Source: Candidatus Coatesbacteria bacterium
Lineage (GTDB): Bacteria > JAFGND01
Length of the DNA stretch: 64,000 nucleotides
Assembly (NCBI GenBank): GCA_016927185.1
Contig: JAFGND010000071.1
Coordinates: 1 to 64,000 of the forward strand
Direction of reading: 5' to 3'
Positions 29,216 through 39,420 of the stretch are shown here, piece after piece; the first letter of the stretch is position 1, and each line of letters opens with the position of its first letter. The position numbers were made by a program, and so were the translations under genes. The notes beneath the pieces are model-generated. The model did no database searches, had not been told where the DNA came from, and saw only the letters and a list, made by a program, of their open reading frames with translations.

Positions 29216-29653
29216 CTAATATCCGGTACCTGCAGGAACCGGGCCGAAACTAATTTGTGCTTCTATTCTATCTGTTTTCCCTGCGTAAGTTCCAACAGAA
29301 GTAAAACTGTAATCAACAAATATAAATGGTTTTGAAGTACCTCCAACATCGATTGAATAACCTGCTGCAAATCTTGAGGATTTTCTTATGTTTTCAACAG
29401 AAAAGCTTCTTCCATTTCCCAAATCAATAGCTGAAATTGAATTCCCAATCATTGCATTACTGCTAATGAGAGCATACATATATTCAGCTCCTGCATCTGC
29501 AGCATTGAAAAATACAAGTTTGTTTTTGTCTACTGCCGTGACTTTTGTATCTGCCCTTGTCATCAACATAGCAGCTGCAATAATAACTCCCATGAAGAAC
29601 ATTATTACTACTGCCAATACGAGACCGGCTGCACCTTTTTGATTAAGCTTCAT
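29216..29653 (-). CDS. pilX: PilX-like minor pilin
   Basis: QKG-AAGLVL (no Glu5), FNAADAGAE; operon position. Confidence 0.75.
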   Translation of the reverse strand: MKLNQKGAAGLVLAVVIMFFMGVIIAAAMLMTRADTKVTAVDKNKLVFFNAADAGAEYMYALISSNAMIGNSISAIDLGNGRSFSVENIRKSSRFAAGYSIDVGGTSKPFIFVDYSFTSVGTYAGKTDRIEAQISFGPVPAGTGY

Positions 29654-29664
29654 TATTCACCTCC

Positions 29665-30273
29665 CTATCTTCTTACCCTGAGTGAAACAGAAGCATCCCA
29701 TGGACCATACTGATAAACAGATGCTGATCCTTTACCATATTTTCTGTCAGAAGTAAGCGTTAAGGTAACATCAATTCTTGCTATCCTTGCCCTGTTTGTG
29801 CTATCTACCGGAGTAGCAAGAAGAGTTCCATTCTCATCATAATAAGTTAATCTGAATCTCTGGACTTTATCATAGAATTCTCTATCTCCACCAATAGAGT
29901 CAAATCTTACTCCTCTTAGAGAATTACCACTCTTGTAGTATCTGAAATATTCTCTAGCGGGATCGTATGCTCCATTTCCGAATGGAGGATTTATATTCTG
30001 GGGATCAATGTCAGCAGTGAATACAATATTGGAAGTATCTGCAACTCTTATTTGAAAGGCATTGCTTCCACGAGGATTCATTGCTGCAATTCTTAAGTCC
30101 TCAATAATAATATCAAAAATAATCCTTGAATTCTGCTTTGTATGCATAGCGTTTTTCTCAGAAACATGTCCATCCTGGTTTACAATAAAAAACCTTGTAA
30201 CCATTCCTACAATCAAAGTCATTATCGTAATCGCAATGACCAATTCAACGAGGGTGAATCCTTTCTTATTCAT
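29665..30273 (-). CDS. pilW: PilW-like minor pilin
   Basis: KKG-FTLVEL prepilin motif, EDLRIA; operon position. Confidence 0.75.
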   Translation of the reverse strand: MNKKGFTLVELVIAITIMTLIVGMVTRFFIVNQDGHVSEKNAMHTKQNSRIIFDIIIEDLRIAAMNPRGSNAFQIRVADTSNIVFTADIDPQNINPPFGNGAYDPAREYFRYYKSGNSLRGVRFDSIGGDREFYDKVQRFRLTYYDENGTLLATPVDSTNRARIARIDVTLTLTSDRKYGKGSASVYQYGPWDASVSLRVRR

Positions 30274-30274
30274 T

Positions 30275-30652
30275 TCACAGCCTCCTTGAAATTAAAGTTG
30301 TTACTCTCAAAGTATCTGCTGGCATGTTCTCCACTTTCCATACTAATGTGAATAAAACATGCTTTACATTCCTTTGACCATTCCAGTTGACTGTAACTAC
30401 TCTTGTTACATTAAAACCGCTTTCAGTAAAATTGTAAGTATTGTTTGAAGTAGGTAAATAATTGTAACCCTGAGCAATTGTTCTTTCAACTATTCTTCTC
30501 GAAACCATAGTAGCTTCGCCCATTCTTGTAGATTTTGTATCAGCTTTAATAGATATAATTCTTGCCTGGCCCAGAGCTAATATGCCGACCACGAATAAAA
30601 CGCAGACCGCCATAAGCTCAACCAGTGTAAAACCTTTATTTTTGTTTTTCAT
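30275..30652 (-). CDS. pilV: PilV-like minor pilin
   Basis: KG-FTLVELM...GILAL; size and position. Confidence 0.72.
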   Translation of the reverse strand: MKNKNKGFTLVELMAVCVLFVVGILALGQARIISIKADTKSTRMGEATMVSRRIVERTIAQGYNYLPTSNNTYNFTESGFNVTRVVTVNWNGQRNVKHVLFTLVWKVENMPADTLRVTTLISRRL

Positions 30653-30662
30653 ACGCTTCCTC

Positions 30663-31097
30663 CTATAGCTTTTTTATCGTCCCTATAGGGGAGATTACTA
30701 AAGTAAGTGTTCTTGATGTTCCCATGTCAGTTATTGTAATATTGGGAGGATTGAATCCATTTCCATCATCAGCTGCTCCATTAGTGTTAAAACGAACTGT
30801 ATCTGGAAATGATGGGGTAAGTTCAGGTGGTATACTTGTTTTTCCTAAAGTATCATGCCATGCTAAAGCTGCATCACGATATTGAATCCAGATCTGTGAA
30901 GTTGACCAGACAGTCCTGTAAAACTGGTTATTAAGTTGTGCCTGCGTCCTTGCTTCAAGAAGTTTTTGCCTGAACAACTCTTCTCCTTGATCCAGTTTGT
31001 CTCTTGCTCCCATTCTGGGTGCCACAATAGCTGTTATAATTCCCATTATCACAATAACTAGCATTAGTTCAGTTAAAGTGAAACCCTTGTTATTCAT
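30663..31097 (-). CDS. FimT/FimU-like minor pilin
   Basis: MNNKG-FTLTELM, ARTQA, VRFNTNG; RBS GAAGGGGG. Confidence 0.75.
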   Translation of the reverse strand: MNNKGFTLTELMLVIVIMGIITAIVAPRMGARDKLDQGEELFRQKLLEARTQAQLNNQFYRTVWSTSQIWIQYRDAALAWHDTLGKTSIPPELTPSFPDTVRFNTNGAADDGNGFNPPNITITDMGTSRTLTLVISPIGTIKKL

Positions 31098-31229
31098 TAT
31101 AACCCCCTTCCTGATTTTATTTTTAAGTAACTCTTTACACATTTGAACATTCCCTTCTAAAATAATACCGTTTCTATTCATCGTAATCATGTGCTTTAAA
31201 GAAATGTATTATATTTACAATAATATAAT

Positions 31230-31245
31230 AGCAAAAATTATACCA
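31230..31245 (-). promoter_or_regulatory. Sigma-54 (-24/-12) promoter of the pilin operon
   Basis: Minus strand TGGTAT-AATTT-TTGCT fits TGGYAY-N5-TTGCW, about 130 nt upstream of the first pilin gene. Confidence 0.75.
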
Positions 31246-31333
31246 TTTAGTAATTGCTTTATGGAGCGGTTTGCAGTATTCTTTTTGAAACTATTCTGAA
31301 TTGTATATAAAAGAGCTCACTAAATATATGTAA

Positions 31334-32200
31334 TCATTTACCCACATTATCTAAGTAGTTGATAGGCTTATACTTTTTAACAAGCTTGTTAATCAGCTCC
31401 TTCTCGCATTTTGAAATATAATTAGAGATCAGCTCTTTCTCAATTTGAGGCTTAATTATTTCAAATGGAATCATTTCTCCCTTTTTCTTGAAGTCAGCAA
31501 GTTTTATTATCAGAAAGCCATTTAATATCGGTGCCGGTTCAGAAAGCAATTCACCTTTTGACAGAGCTTTAATTTTTGTTGAAAGCTCTTTTCCATAAGT
31601 ATCATCTAGCTTTGCAGAATCCATAAGACCCTGGTCTCCTCCATTTTCTGCTGCCTTTTTGTCATCTGGGGCTGTTTTTGCTATCTTTGAAAAATCCTCT
31701 CCAGCTTTTATTTTAGCAATAGAATTTTTTGCTTCTGCTTCAGTTTTATAAAAGATCTGCATCACTCTATAGGCATCTTCAGGAATTGAGAACTTGTCTT
31801 TCCTTTTCATATAATAACCCTTGGTTTCTTCTTCGGAAGGCTTGTATAAGGAGATTTTATATTTTACATAATTTGCTGCATAGTCTGCATCTTCCTTCAT
31901 CAGTATCTGGAAGCGATTTTTTACATCTCTTGGAAACGAATCGTTCTTTGCTTCAAGTCTAATTAATTGTATGGCAATCCATTCATCAACCATTTGCCTC
32001 TTATTCAATGGTTTCATTTCCAGATATTCTTTTTCCGGAATAACAGCTTTCAACATGTTTTCAGTCAGAATTCTGTCTCCTACCTGAGCAAGTTTTTCTC
32101 CTCCCATTTCTTTAGTAATTTTCTTGAATTCGTCACTTTGATCTGACTTGCATGAAACAAGTAACAGGGGAAGTAATATGAAAACAAGTAAATATCTCAT
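31334..32200 (-). CDS. PpiC/parvulin-type peptidyl-prolyl isomerase lipoprotein (PrsA-like)
   Basis: Lipobox LLVSC; GEDFSKIAK...ENGGDQG...GFLIIKL. Confidence 0.8.
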   Translation of the reverse strand: MRYLLVFILLPLLLVSCKSDQSDEFKKITKEMGGEKLAQVGDRILTENMLKAVIPEKEYLEMKPLNKRQMVDEWIAIQLIRLEAKNDSFPRDVKNRFQILMKEDADYAANYVKYKISLYKPSEEETKGYYMKRKDKFSIPEDAYRVMQIFYKTEAEAKNSIAKIKAGEDFSKIAKTAPDDKKAAENGGDQGLMDSAKLDDTYGKELSTKIKALSKGELLSEPAPILNGFLIIKLADFKKKGEMIPFEIIKPQIEKELISNYISKCEKELINKLVKKYKPINYLDNVGK

Positions 32201-32583
32201 TTTATTATCTCTCCTCTTACGAAAATTGAACATATTTCGTTTTCCGGTATATTAGTATGAATATAGATTTTTTTCAGGAATACAGGTTCAAGATCTTCAG
32301 TAATAACAGTTAACCTGAATACTCCTTTCTTCATTCCAGCAACTAAAAGGGGAGTTATCATTCTTATCTTGAAGCATGGACATGTACTTCTTATGTCACT
32401 TATTTCCAGGTCCTTATCACCTGGATTTGTGAAAATGACATTGATGCTTCTAGAGCCCCCATCTTTTATTTTCCCGATATCCAGAGTGTCAGCAAAAACA
32501 GTACATCCAGTTGTAGATGCAAGTTCAATACCAGGCGCTGAATATATGCTCATGTTTAGGAAAAACAGAAAATAAAAGAGCAC
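32197..32583 (-). CDS. DUF1573-like Ig-fold protein
   Basis: DIGKI...FTNPGDKDLEISDIRSTCPC...KKIYIHTN. Confidence 0.75.
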   Translation of the reverse strand: MLFYFLFFLNMSIYSAPGIELASTTGCTVFADTLDIGKIKDGGSRSINVIFTNPGDKDLEISDIRSTCPCFKIRMITPLLVAGMKKGVFRLTVITEDLEPVFLKKIYIHTNIPENEICSIFVRGEIIK

Positions 32584-34328
32584 TAATCCTCCTCGTAAAA
32601 TGTTGGTAATGGTGGAAGACCAATATATTCTGCAAATGCCTGCAGCTTGTTTACATCTGAATAAAGCAAATCCCTCTTGCTGATTATTTTCATGGAATTA
32701 TCTTCAAATCCAGACTGTGAGAATATCCAGCATTGTTCGATATTTTCATAACCATATGCCTCAGAGATAACTTCAACATCTCTCAAGAATCTTTCAACCT
32801 CACCTTTTGAAATCGGTTCTTTACTGTACTTGTATTCAAAAAACCAAGCAAATTTCGTACCATTATGTATATATTCACCGATTATATCTACTTCATAAGT
32901 GTCTTCAAGAAAGCCATTGATATCACCTCTGTAATGAATTTTTTCGAAAGGAGGTAAATATATTTCCTTATCAATTCCGAAAAAGTCTTTGCCATTTTTA
33001 ATACTTCTTCTTTCAGCAGGTATATCAGAAAATGAACTGAAAATATGATAGAACATAAAAACTATCACATTTCCATTAAATCTCATGCTTTGTGCCTGGA
33101 ATTGATAGAAATTGACTCTCAGGAAATTTGTTATTTCTTCAATCTTGGGTAGATTCTTCTTGAAGTTGAGGTATTCAATATAAAATCTGAATAGCTTGTC
33201 TTGTGAAATATTGAATACCTCCATAAATGCATCAGCTGGAGAAACAAGATCCAATCTAATAAGGTTTTCTATTAATATTTCAAATTCAGCATGCTTTATT
33301 TCAGAAGTATCATTTTCAAATATCAGTTCTTTTAAATAGCTCCTATTGAATCTGCATACTTCACTGTGCTGTATTGTATCAATAAATGATAGTATTTTGT
33401 TAATTGTTGATTTGTCATTAATCAAGGAGAGCTTTGAATCCCAGAATCGTCTTATGTTAGTATCTTCCTTCTGGAAGAACTGAATGAAGATATTTTCCAG
33501 TTTCTTTTCTTCACTTGCATCAAGAGGAAACCAGCAAGCCATTTCCTTAATCAGGTTATCAAGATAGAAAGGAATACCATTTGATAGTTCCTTAACCACT
33601 GCTTTCAGGGCAAATTGCTCCCTATTACAAGGAAGTGTTTTATTAAAATACTCTTCAACATCTCTTTCTTCAACAAGTCCAAGATGATAATAGTAGAAGA
33701 AATTTCTTATCATATAATTTTCTAAAGTGGAATCAGTATTAGAAGGATTTATTGTTAATATTATTATCCCAATTTCATTCAGGGGAGTTAAAACCGTGTT
33801 AATTAGGTTTAAAATAGTGATGCCATTATCAAATGAAATCCTTGATAATCTTGCCGGATTATCTATGAAGAAAAGATAGTCATTCTTCTTGTTAGCGATA
33901 AGAAGGTTCAGGATTTCACTCCATATATCAATGAAGTTAAAATCCTTGCTGTTTATCTTCCTGTAAATAATCTCTATTTCCTTTTTAATGAATGTGTCTT
34001 CAGGCTGGCTATAAAGGAAAGTCAGGTTTCCAGCTTTATAACTGTCTTCCTTTGAAGAGTATATAATTGATTTCAGAAGTACTCTAAGTAGTTCATTGCC
34101 ATCAAAGTATACCTTCGCATCTCTTCTGGCAGCAAACAGGACATCAATATTGAAATATACTGGATAGTATTTGCTGTTTTGGCTGACTTGTGAGTAATGA
34201 GCCAGATAATAAAGAAAGTGGCTTTTCCCAATAAATGATGGACCGTAAATAGCAAATCCCTTTCTAGCCTGATCTAGCAAATTGAAAAATTCTTTTGCTT
34301 CATTTAATCGAATAGGAAGGTAATCCAC
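32583..34328 (-). CDS. Archaeal-ATPase-like P-loop protein with C-terminal PD-(D/E)xK nuclease-like domain
   Basis: IYGPSFIGKS, LFFID, SNGIPFYL, EVDIIG...FEYKY. Confidence 0.6.
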   Translation of the reverse strand: MDYLPIRLNEAKEFFNLLDQARKGFAIYGPSFIGKSHFLYYLAHYSQVSQNSKYYPVYFNIDVLFAARRDAKVYFDGNELLRVLLKSIIYSSKEDSYKAGNLTFLYSQPEDTFIKKEIEIIYRKINSKDFNFIDIWSEILNLLIANKKNDYLFFIDNPARLSRISFDNGITILNLINTVLTPLNEIGIIILTINPSNTDSTLENYMIRNFFYYYHLGLVEERDVEEYFNKTLPCNREQFALKAVVKELSNGIPFYLDNLIKEMACWFPLDASEEKKLENIFIQFFQKEDTNIRRFWDSKLSLINDKSTINKILSFIDTIQHSEVCRFNRSYLKELIFENDTSEIKHAEFEILIENLIRLDLVSPADAFMEVFNISQDKLFRFYIEYLNFKKNLPKIEEITNFLRVNFYQFQAQSMRFNGNVIVFMFYHIFSSFSDIPAERRSIKNGKDFFGIDKEIYLPPFEKIHYRGDINGFLEDTYEVDIIGEYIHNGTKFAWFFEYKYSKEPISKGEVERFLRDVEVISEAYGYENIEQCWIFSQSGFEDNSMKIISKRDLLYSDVNKLQAFAEYIGLPPLPTFYEED

Positions 34329-34447
34329 TTACTTTTCTCCATTAAAATTTTCATAAACGTGTTTATTGCCAGGCGTTGTAGTGTCAAGAATTAAGTATCA
34401 GGTTTTTTCTGTCCTATTGTTTGATTATTAATATCAGATAGTAATAC

Positions 34448-34472
34448 TCGAGGGAGCAAAAAGCTCCCCCGA
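34448..34472 (-). terminator. Hairpin downstream of tkt
   Basis: GGGAGC-AAAAA-GCTCCC with flanking TCG/CGA; weak U-tail. Confidence 0.5.
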
Positions 34473-34481
34473 ATTTCATGA

Positions 34482-36488
34482 TTATTTATTAAGAAGTTCC
34501 TTTGCCATTTTTACGATATGTTCAGCAGAACACTCGAACATTTTAATAAGTTCCCATGGGGCACCAGACTCTCCAAACCTATCTTTAACACCGATTTGTC
34601 CCATCTTAACAGGTTTGGTGTTGCTGATAGATGATTGAAGAATTGCTCCGGCTATAATATTACCAAAACCACCAACCTGATGTTCTTCAGCAGTAATTAC
34701 TACTCCAGTTTCTGATGCAGATTTTGCTATTGATTCTATATCAAGAGGTTTGATAGTATGAACATTAAGTACTCTTGCTTCAATATTGAATTCTTTCTTC
34801 AGAATCCATGAAGCTCTCATTGCTTCAGGAACCATCGGACCACATGCAATAATTGAAATATCTTCATTTTCATTCTTGTATTCTGAAGCAAGAATGTGTT
34901 CAAAAGCTTCCTTGAAATCCTGTTTTTCGCCTCTGAATCTTATAACATTAGCTTTTCCGAAGACAAAAGGACTCTTCATTGTTGTAACTACTGGCGTTGC
35001 TTCCCTTGCAAAACGCAAGTATTTGGGATGCGTTTCATTGAATAACAGATGATCAGTTGCCCTGTATGTTTCAATGCTGTCACATGGGACAGATAAAAGC
35101 ATATTAGGAATTGATGCAATAATTGATATTTCTTCCAAAGCTTGATGCGTTGCTCCATCTGGCCCAACACTTACCCCACCATGTGCTCCACCAATCATGA
35201 CATTCAGATCACCATAGGCAACTGTTGTTCTAAGCTGATCAGCATTTCTCATAGAAGCAAAAACACCATAAGTACCAATAACGGGGAGTTTGCCTTCTTT
35301 AGCCAGTCCTGCTGCTATACATGTCATATTTGCTTCAGCAATCCCGATTGAAAGGAAGCGATTTTTTCGCTCAGGATTAGATTTATAGAACTCCGAAATA
35401 GTAATTGAGCCAGATATGTCTGCTCCAAGACATACAACACGTTCATCATTTCCTTTTTCTTTAAGCAATCTTCCAAATCCCATCCTGGTTGGATCCATTT
35501 GAACCTTCATTATTTCCTTGGAATTCCACCAGTAATTCTCCTTGAATTTAGGCATTGATTCAGCAATTTTCTTGTCTGCATCTTCCTGGAATTTTTTGGC
35601 AATATCAAACATCGTATCAACAACTTCAGGATTATCAAGACCTATTTGTGCAATTGCCTTGTTCATTTCCTCACAGGATGGAGATTTACCATGCCATCCA
35701 GCAATATCCTCCATGAAGTCAACACCTTTGCCTTTTATTGTTTCAAAAATGATTACAGAAGGCTTGCCAACTACTTTTAAGGCTTTGTTGAATGTATCTA
35801 CTATTTCTTTCATGTCATGCCCATTTGCTACGAAAACTTCCCACCCAAAAGCTTTATATTTATCTTCAAGAGGTTCAACATTCATTACATCCTTAACCCA
35901 GCCGTCAATCTGGAGTCTGTTTCTATCAATTATTCCTATTACGTTATCTAGCTTGAAATGACCTGCAGACATAACTGCTTCCCATATCTGTCCTTCCTGC
36001 TGTTCACCATCTCCCATAATAGCGAATACTTTATAGTCTTTTTTATCAAGTCTGGCTGCAAGTGCCATTCCTACAGCTGAAGACAATCCCTGACCTAATG
36101 AGCCTGTAGAGATCTCAACACCTGGTAATTTTTGCCAGTGTGGGTGTCCCTGAAAAGGACTGCCGAATTTCCTTAATGTAGCTACTCCCTCAACAGGGAA
36201 ATAGCCTGACATGCCTAATGCTATATATAATGAAGGTGCTTTATGCCCAACTGACCAAATGATTCTATCCCTGTTTTCCCAGGTATAGTTTTCAGGATCG
36301 TGTCTTGCTATATGAAGATACAAGGCTGCTGCAATATCCATGATAGATAGAGTTCCTCCTGAATGCCCTGATTTAGCAGCGCACAAGGAAACCATATTAT
36401 AAATACGCATCTCCTGAGCAGCTTTTTCCAAATCTTTGATATCATATTCTTTGCGTATTTTTCCAGTTTTAGAATCCAATAATGGCAT
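34482..36488 (-). CDS. tkt: Transketolase (fusion of split-type N and C subunits)
   Basis: SGHSGG, QGHP, STGSLGQG, GDGEQQEG, GIAEANM, GPDGATHQ, TAEEH. Confidence 0.93.
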   Translation of the reverse strand: MPLLDSKTGKIRKEYDIKDLEKAAQEMRIYNMVSLCAAKSGHSGGTLSIMDIAAALYLHIARHDPENYTWENRDRIIWSVGHKAPSLYIALGMSGYFPVEGVATLRKFGSPFQGHPHWQKLPGVEISTGSLGQGLSSAVGMALAARLDKKDYKVFAIMGDGEQQEGQIWEAVMSAGHFKLDNVIGIIDRNRLQIDGWVKDVMNVEPLEDKYKAFGWEVFVANGHDMKEIVDTFNKALKVVGKPSVIIFETIKGKGVDFMEDIAGWHGKSPSCEEMNKAIAQIGLDNPEVVDTMFDIAKKFQEDADKKIAESMPKFKENYWWNSKEIMKVQMDPTRMGFGRLLKEKGNDERVVCLGADISGSITISEFYKSNPERKNRFLSIGIAEANMTCIAAGLAKEGKLPVIGTYGVFASMRNADQLRTTVAYGDLNVMIGGAHGGVSVGPDGATHQALEEISIIASIPNMLLSVPCDSIETYRATDHLLFNETHPKYLRFAREATPVVTTMKSPFVFGKANVIRFRGEKQDFKEAFEHILASEYKNENEDISIIACGPMVPEAMRASWILKKEFNIEARVLNVHTIKPLDIESIAKSASETGVVITAEEHQVGGFGNIIAGAILQSSISNTKPVKMGQIGVKDRFGESGAPWELIKMFECSAEHIVKMAKELLNK

Positions 36489-36572
36489 TTTAACCTCCTT
36501 GAATATTTAAAATGTATATATTATTGGCAAAGAGTGAAAGCTTGTTTAGTTTGTCAAGTTTAATAGTCAGTA

Positions 36573-37256
36573 TTAGAATTCCCTGAAGTACAGTGCTATA
36601 TTCCTGAGTATCCGATCAGCTCCTGTAGGTTTGTGAGGTATTAGTTCTAGTAAATGATTGGGATTTAATCCTTTTTCTATCAAGATTTTTTCTTCAATAT
36701 ATATACACTTCTTTCCAGTCTCTATATCTATCTCAGGATGGAATTGGAGTCCAATAGCTGGTCTATTTTTATCAATCATTATTTGATTATTGCAGTCTTT
36801 TGAATATGCAATTATCTCGAATCCTTCAGGTAATTCCTTTACCATGTCATAATGAGCAGACATTGCATGAAAAGGATTTTCAAGTTCATTAAATATTACA
36901 TGGTTCTTTATTATATATATTGGAATGAATGTCATTTCAGGAATTGGTGCTTTAGATACTGCTTTTATATCTGCCAAAGCCCTTGCAATGAGCTGATGTC
37001 CATAGCAGATTCCAAGGATGGGTACATTACTGTAATAAATATCATTAACCCAGGAAAGCAATACTGGAAGCCATTCATAGTCTCGAATTATTGAGTACTC
37101 AGAACCTGTCAGAACAACTATCTCTCCCTTTTTTACCTTTGGATATTTATCTTTGAATCCGTTGTAATATATGCAGTTATATTCAACTCCGAAATCTCGC
37201 TTGAATCTTGGAAAGCTATCCTGTTTTAAACTTAAGTCAATTATGTTGATATTCAT
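36573..37256 (-). CDS. Class I glutamine amidotransferase
   Basis: LTGS, GICYGHQ, QFHPE. Confidence 0.9.
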   Translation of the reverse strand: MNINIIDLSLKQDSFPRFKRDFGVEYNCIYYNGFKDKYPKVKKGEIVVLTGSEYSIIRDYEWLPVLLSWVNDIYYSNVPILGICYGHQLIARALADIKAVSKAPIPEMTFIPIYIIKNHVIFNELENPFHAMSAHYDMVKELPEGFEIIAYSKDCNNQIMIDKNRPAIGLQFHPEIDIETGKKCIYIEEKILIEKGLNPNHLLELIPHKPTGADRILRNIALYFREF

Positions 37257-39064
37257 TACCCTGTTTCCTTTTTTTCAACGTTTTTTGAAACAAGATTTAT
37301 TCCTAATTCCGCAAGCTGCTCTTTATCAACTTCAGATGGAGCTTTAGTCATAAGACATAAACCTGTTGATGTTTTTGGGAAAGCATAAACATCTCTTAAA
37401 CTATCCAAGCCAAGCATTATCATTACAAGCCTGTCTATACCAGGTGCTATTCCACCATGAGGAGGTGCTCCATATTTCAATGCATCAAGAAGGAAGCCGA
37501 ACCTTCTGTCAATTTCAGCTTTGCTCATGCCAATAATTTCAAGTATCTTGTATTGTATTTTGGGGTCATGATTTCTTATGGAACCGCTTGAAAGCTCTAT
37601 ACCATTAAGTACCAGATCATAACATCTCGCTCTGCATTTCAGTGCTTTTTCTTTTTCTTCTGACAGATATCCTTCTCTGTAATCATCCATATTAGGTTGA
37701 GTGAATGGATGGTGTTCTGTTTCAATCTTTTGCTCTTCTTCATTCCATTTGAAAAGAGGGAAATCGGTTATCCAGCAGAATTTAAAATCATTCTTATCAA
37801 TCAGTTTTGCAGTTTTAGCTATATGATTTCTTAATACCCCGAGTTGGCTAGAGATTTCAGATTCCTTCCCTGCAAGCAGAACTAGTAAATCAGTTTCCTT
37901 GATTCTTCCATTTAAAAGACTAGCTTCTGTTATTGAGACGTATTTTTTTATTGTTCCTTGAATTTCCTGATTATTGCTTTTCAGCCAGATAAATCCTGTT
38001 TCTTGAAGCCTGAAGCTTCTCTGTTGTTCTTTCATCCATTCTTGCAAGTTTTCTATCTCTTTCCTTGAATAATTGCTCCCATCTGCAATTTTTATCCCGA
38101 GAATTCTTCCTGAATCCTCTATTGTTTTCTGGAAAACGGGAAATGAAGATTCTTTGAAAAGGTCAGAGTAATCTTCTATTTTCATTTCAAATCTGATATC
38201 AGGTTTATCTGTGCCATATTCCGTTAATGCTTTTAAATAAGAGATTCTCTGGAAAGGAGTTTGAATATTGACATTCAAGCATGTCTTGAATATATTGCAG
38301 AAGAGTCTTTCGGTAATATCATAAATATCTTCCTCATTAACAAAGCTCATTTCCAGATCTAGCTGAGTAAATTCAGGTTGTCTGTCCGATCTTGAATCTT
38401 CATCCCTGAAACATCGCGCTATCTGGAAATATTTGTCAAATCCTGCTATCATAGACAGCTGTTTGAATAATTGTGGACTCTGAGGAAGTGCATAGAATTT
38501 CCCCTGATAAATTCTGCTGGGAACTATATAATCCCTTGCTCCTTCTGGTGTTGAACGAATAAGCATTGGAGTTTCTATTTCTATGAAACCCTCTTTGTAG
38601 AGGAATTCTCTTATTGCTTTTACTACTTCATGTCTGAAGATTACATTTTTCTGGAGGAAGGGTCTCCTCAGATCCAGAAATCTGTATACCAGTCTCAAGT
38701 CCTCTTTAGCATCAGTATTGTCTGTTATCAAGAAAGGAGGAGTTTCTGATTCATTTAATAAGGTTAATTCTGATGCAAGCATTTCTAGATAACCTGTTGG
38801 TAAATTCGGATTCGGATTAGAACGTTTTCTTATAATTCCCACAACCTCTATAATAAACTCACTTCTTATATTTTTTGCTATTCTTAGAAGTTCCTCTTCA
38901 CATGATTCTGGTTCAAAGACTATTTGGAAAATACCACTTCTGTCTCTAAGATCGATAAAAATCACTCCTCCAAGATCTCTTTGCCTCTGCACCCATCCAC
39001 AAAGTGTTACTTTCTTTCCTAGCAGACAATCATTTACTTCTCCTGCGTAACAAGTCCTATTCAT
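37256..39064 (-). CDS. aspS: Aspartate-tRNA ligase
   Basis: RDLGGVIFIDLRD, STPEGARDY, ALPQSPQ, FRDED, HHPFT, GAPPHGGIAPGIDR. Confidence 0.98.
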   Translation of the reverse strand: MNRTCYAGEVNDCLLGKKVTLCGWVQRQRDLGGVIFIDLRDRSGIFQIVFEPESCEEELLRIAKNIRSEFIIEVVGIIRKRSNPNPNLPTGYLEMLASELTLLNESETPPFLITDNTDAKEDLRLVYRFLDLRRPFLQKNVIFRHEVVKAIREFLYKEGFIEIETPMLIRSTPEGARDYIVPSRIYQGKFYALPQSPQLFKQLSMIAGFDKYFQIARCFRDEDSRSDRQPEFTQLDLEMSFVNEEDIYDITERLFCNIFKTCLNVNIQTPFQRISYLKALTEYGTDKPDIRFEMKIEDYSDLFKESSFPVFQKTIEDSGRILGIKIADGSNYSRKEIENLQEWMKEQQRSFRLQETGFIWLKSNNQEIQGTIKKYVSITEASLLNGRIKETDLLVLLAGKESEISSQLGVLRNHIAKTAKLIDKNDFKFCWITDFPLFKWNEEEQKIETEHHPFTQPNMDDYREGYLSEEKEKALKCRARCYDLVLNGIELSSGSIRNHDPKIQYKILEIIGMSKAEIDRRFGFLLDALKYGAPPHGGIAPGIDRLVMIMLGLDSLRDVYAFPKTSTGLCLMTKAPSEVDKEQLAELGINLVSKNVEKKETG

Positions 39065-39420
39065 TTAATTATCCTCCAAGTAAGTAAGAAACCAATAATT
39101 ATTCCCAGTGTATCTGCTGTAAAGTCAATTATATCGCAGCTTCTTCCTGGTATATATTTTTGATGAAGTTCATCAATCATTGCAAAAATAACTCCAATGC
39201 ATAACGGGAAGAATATTGATGTGATGAGATTGAAGCTTATTCTAGATGCTTTTGTGAGAAAATATCCAAATATTCCATACAGAAAGAAATGAGCTAATTT
39301 GTCAGCACCTGGAAACAATGGAATCTTTGGTAATTCAGGCCCTGGAATAGTAGTGATTGTCAGGATGAATATTCCCCAGATAATTGAAGGAAGCCATATC
39401 CTGTATTTGCTATTTCTCAT
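39061..39420 (-). CDS. VanZ-family membrane protein
   Basis: DKLAHFFLYG, DELHQKYIPGRSC, DFTAD. Confidence 0.88.
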   Translation of the reverse strand: MRNSKYRIWLPSIIWGIFILTITTIPGPELPKIPLFPGADKLAHFFLYGIFGYFLTKASRISFNLITSIFFPLCIGVIFAMIDELHQKYIPGRSCDIIDFTADTLGIIIGFLLTWRIIK

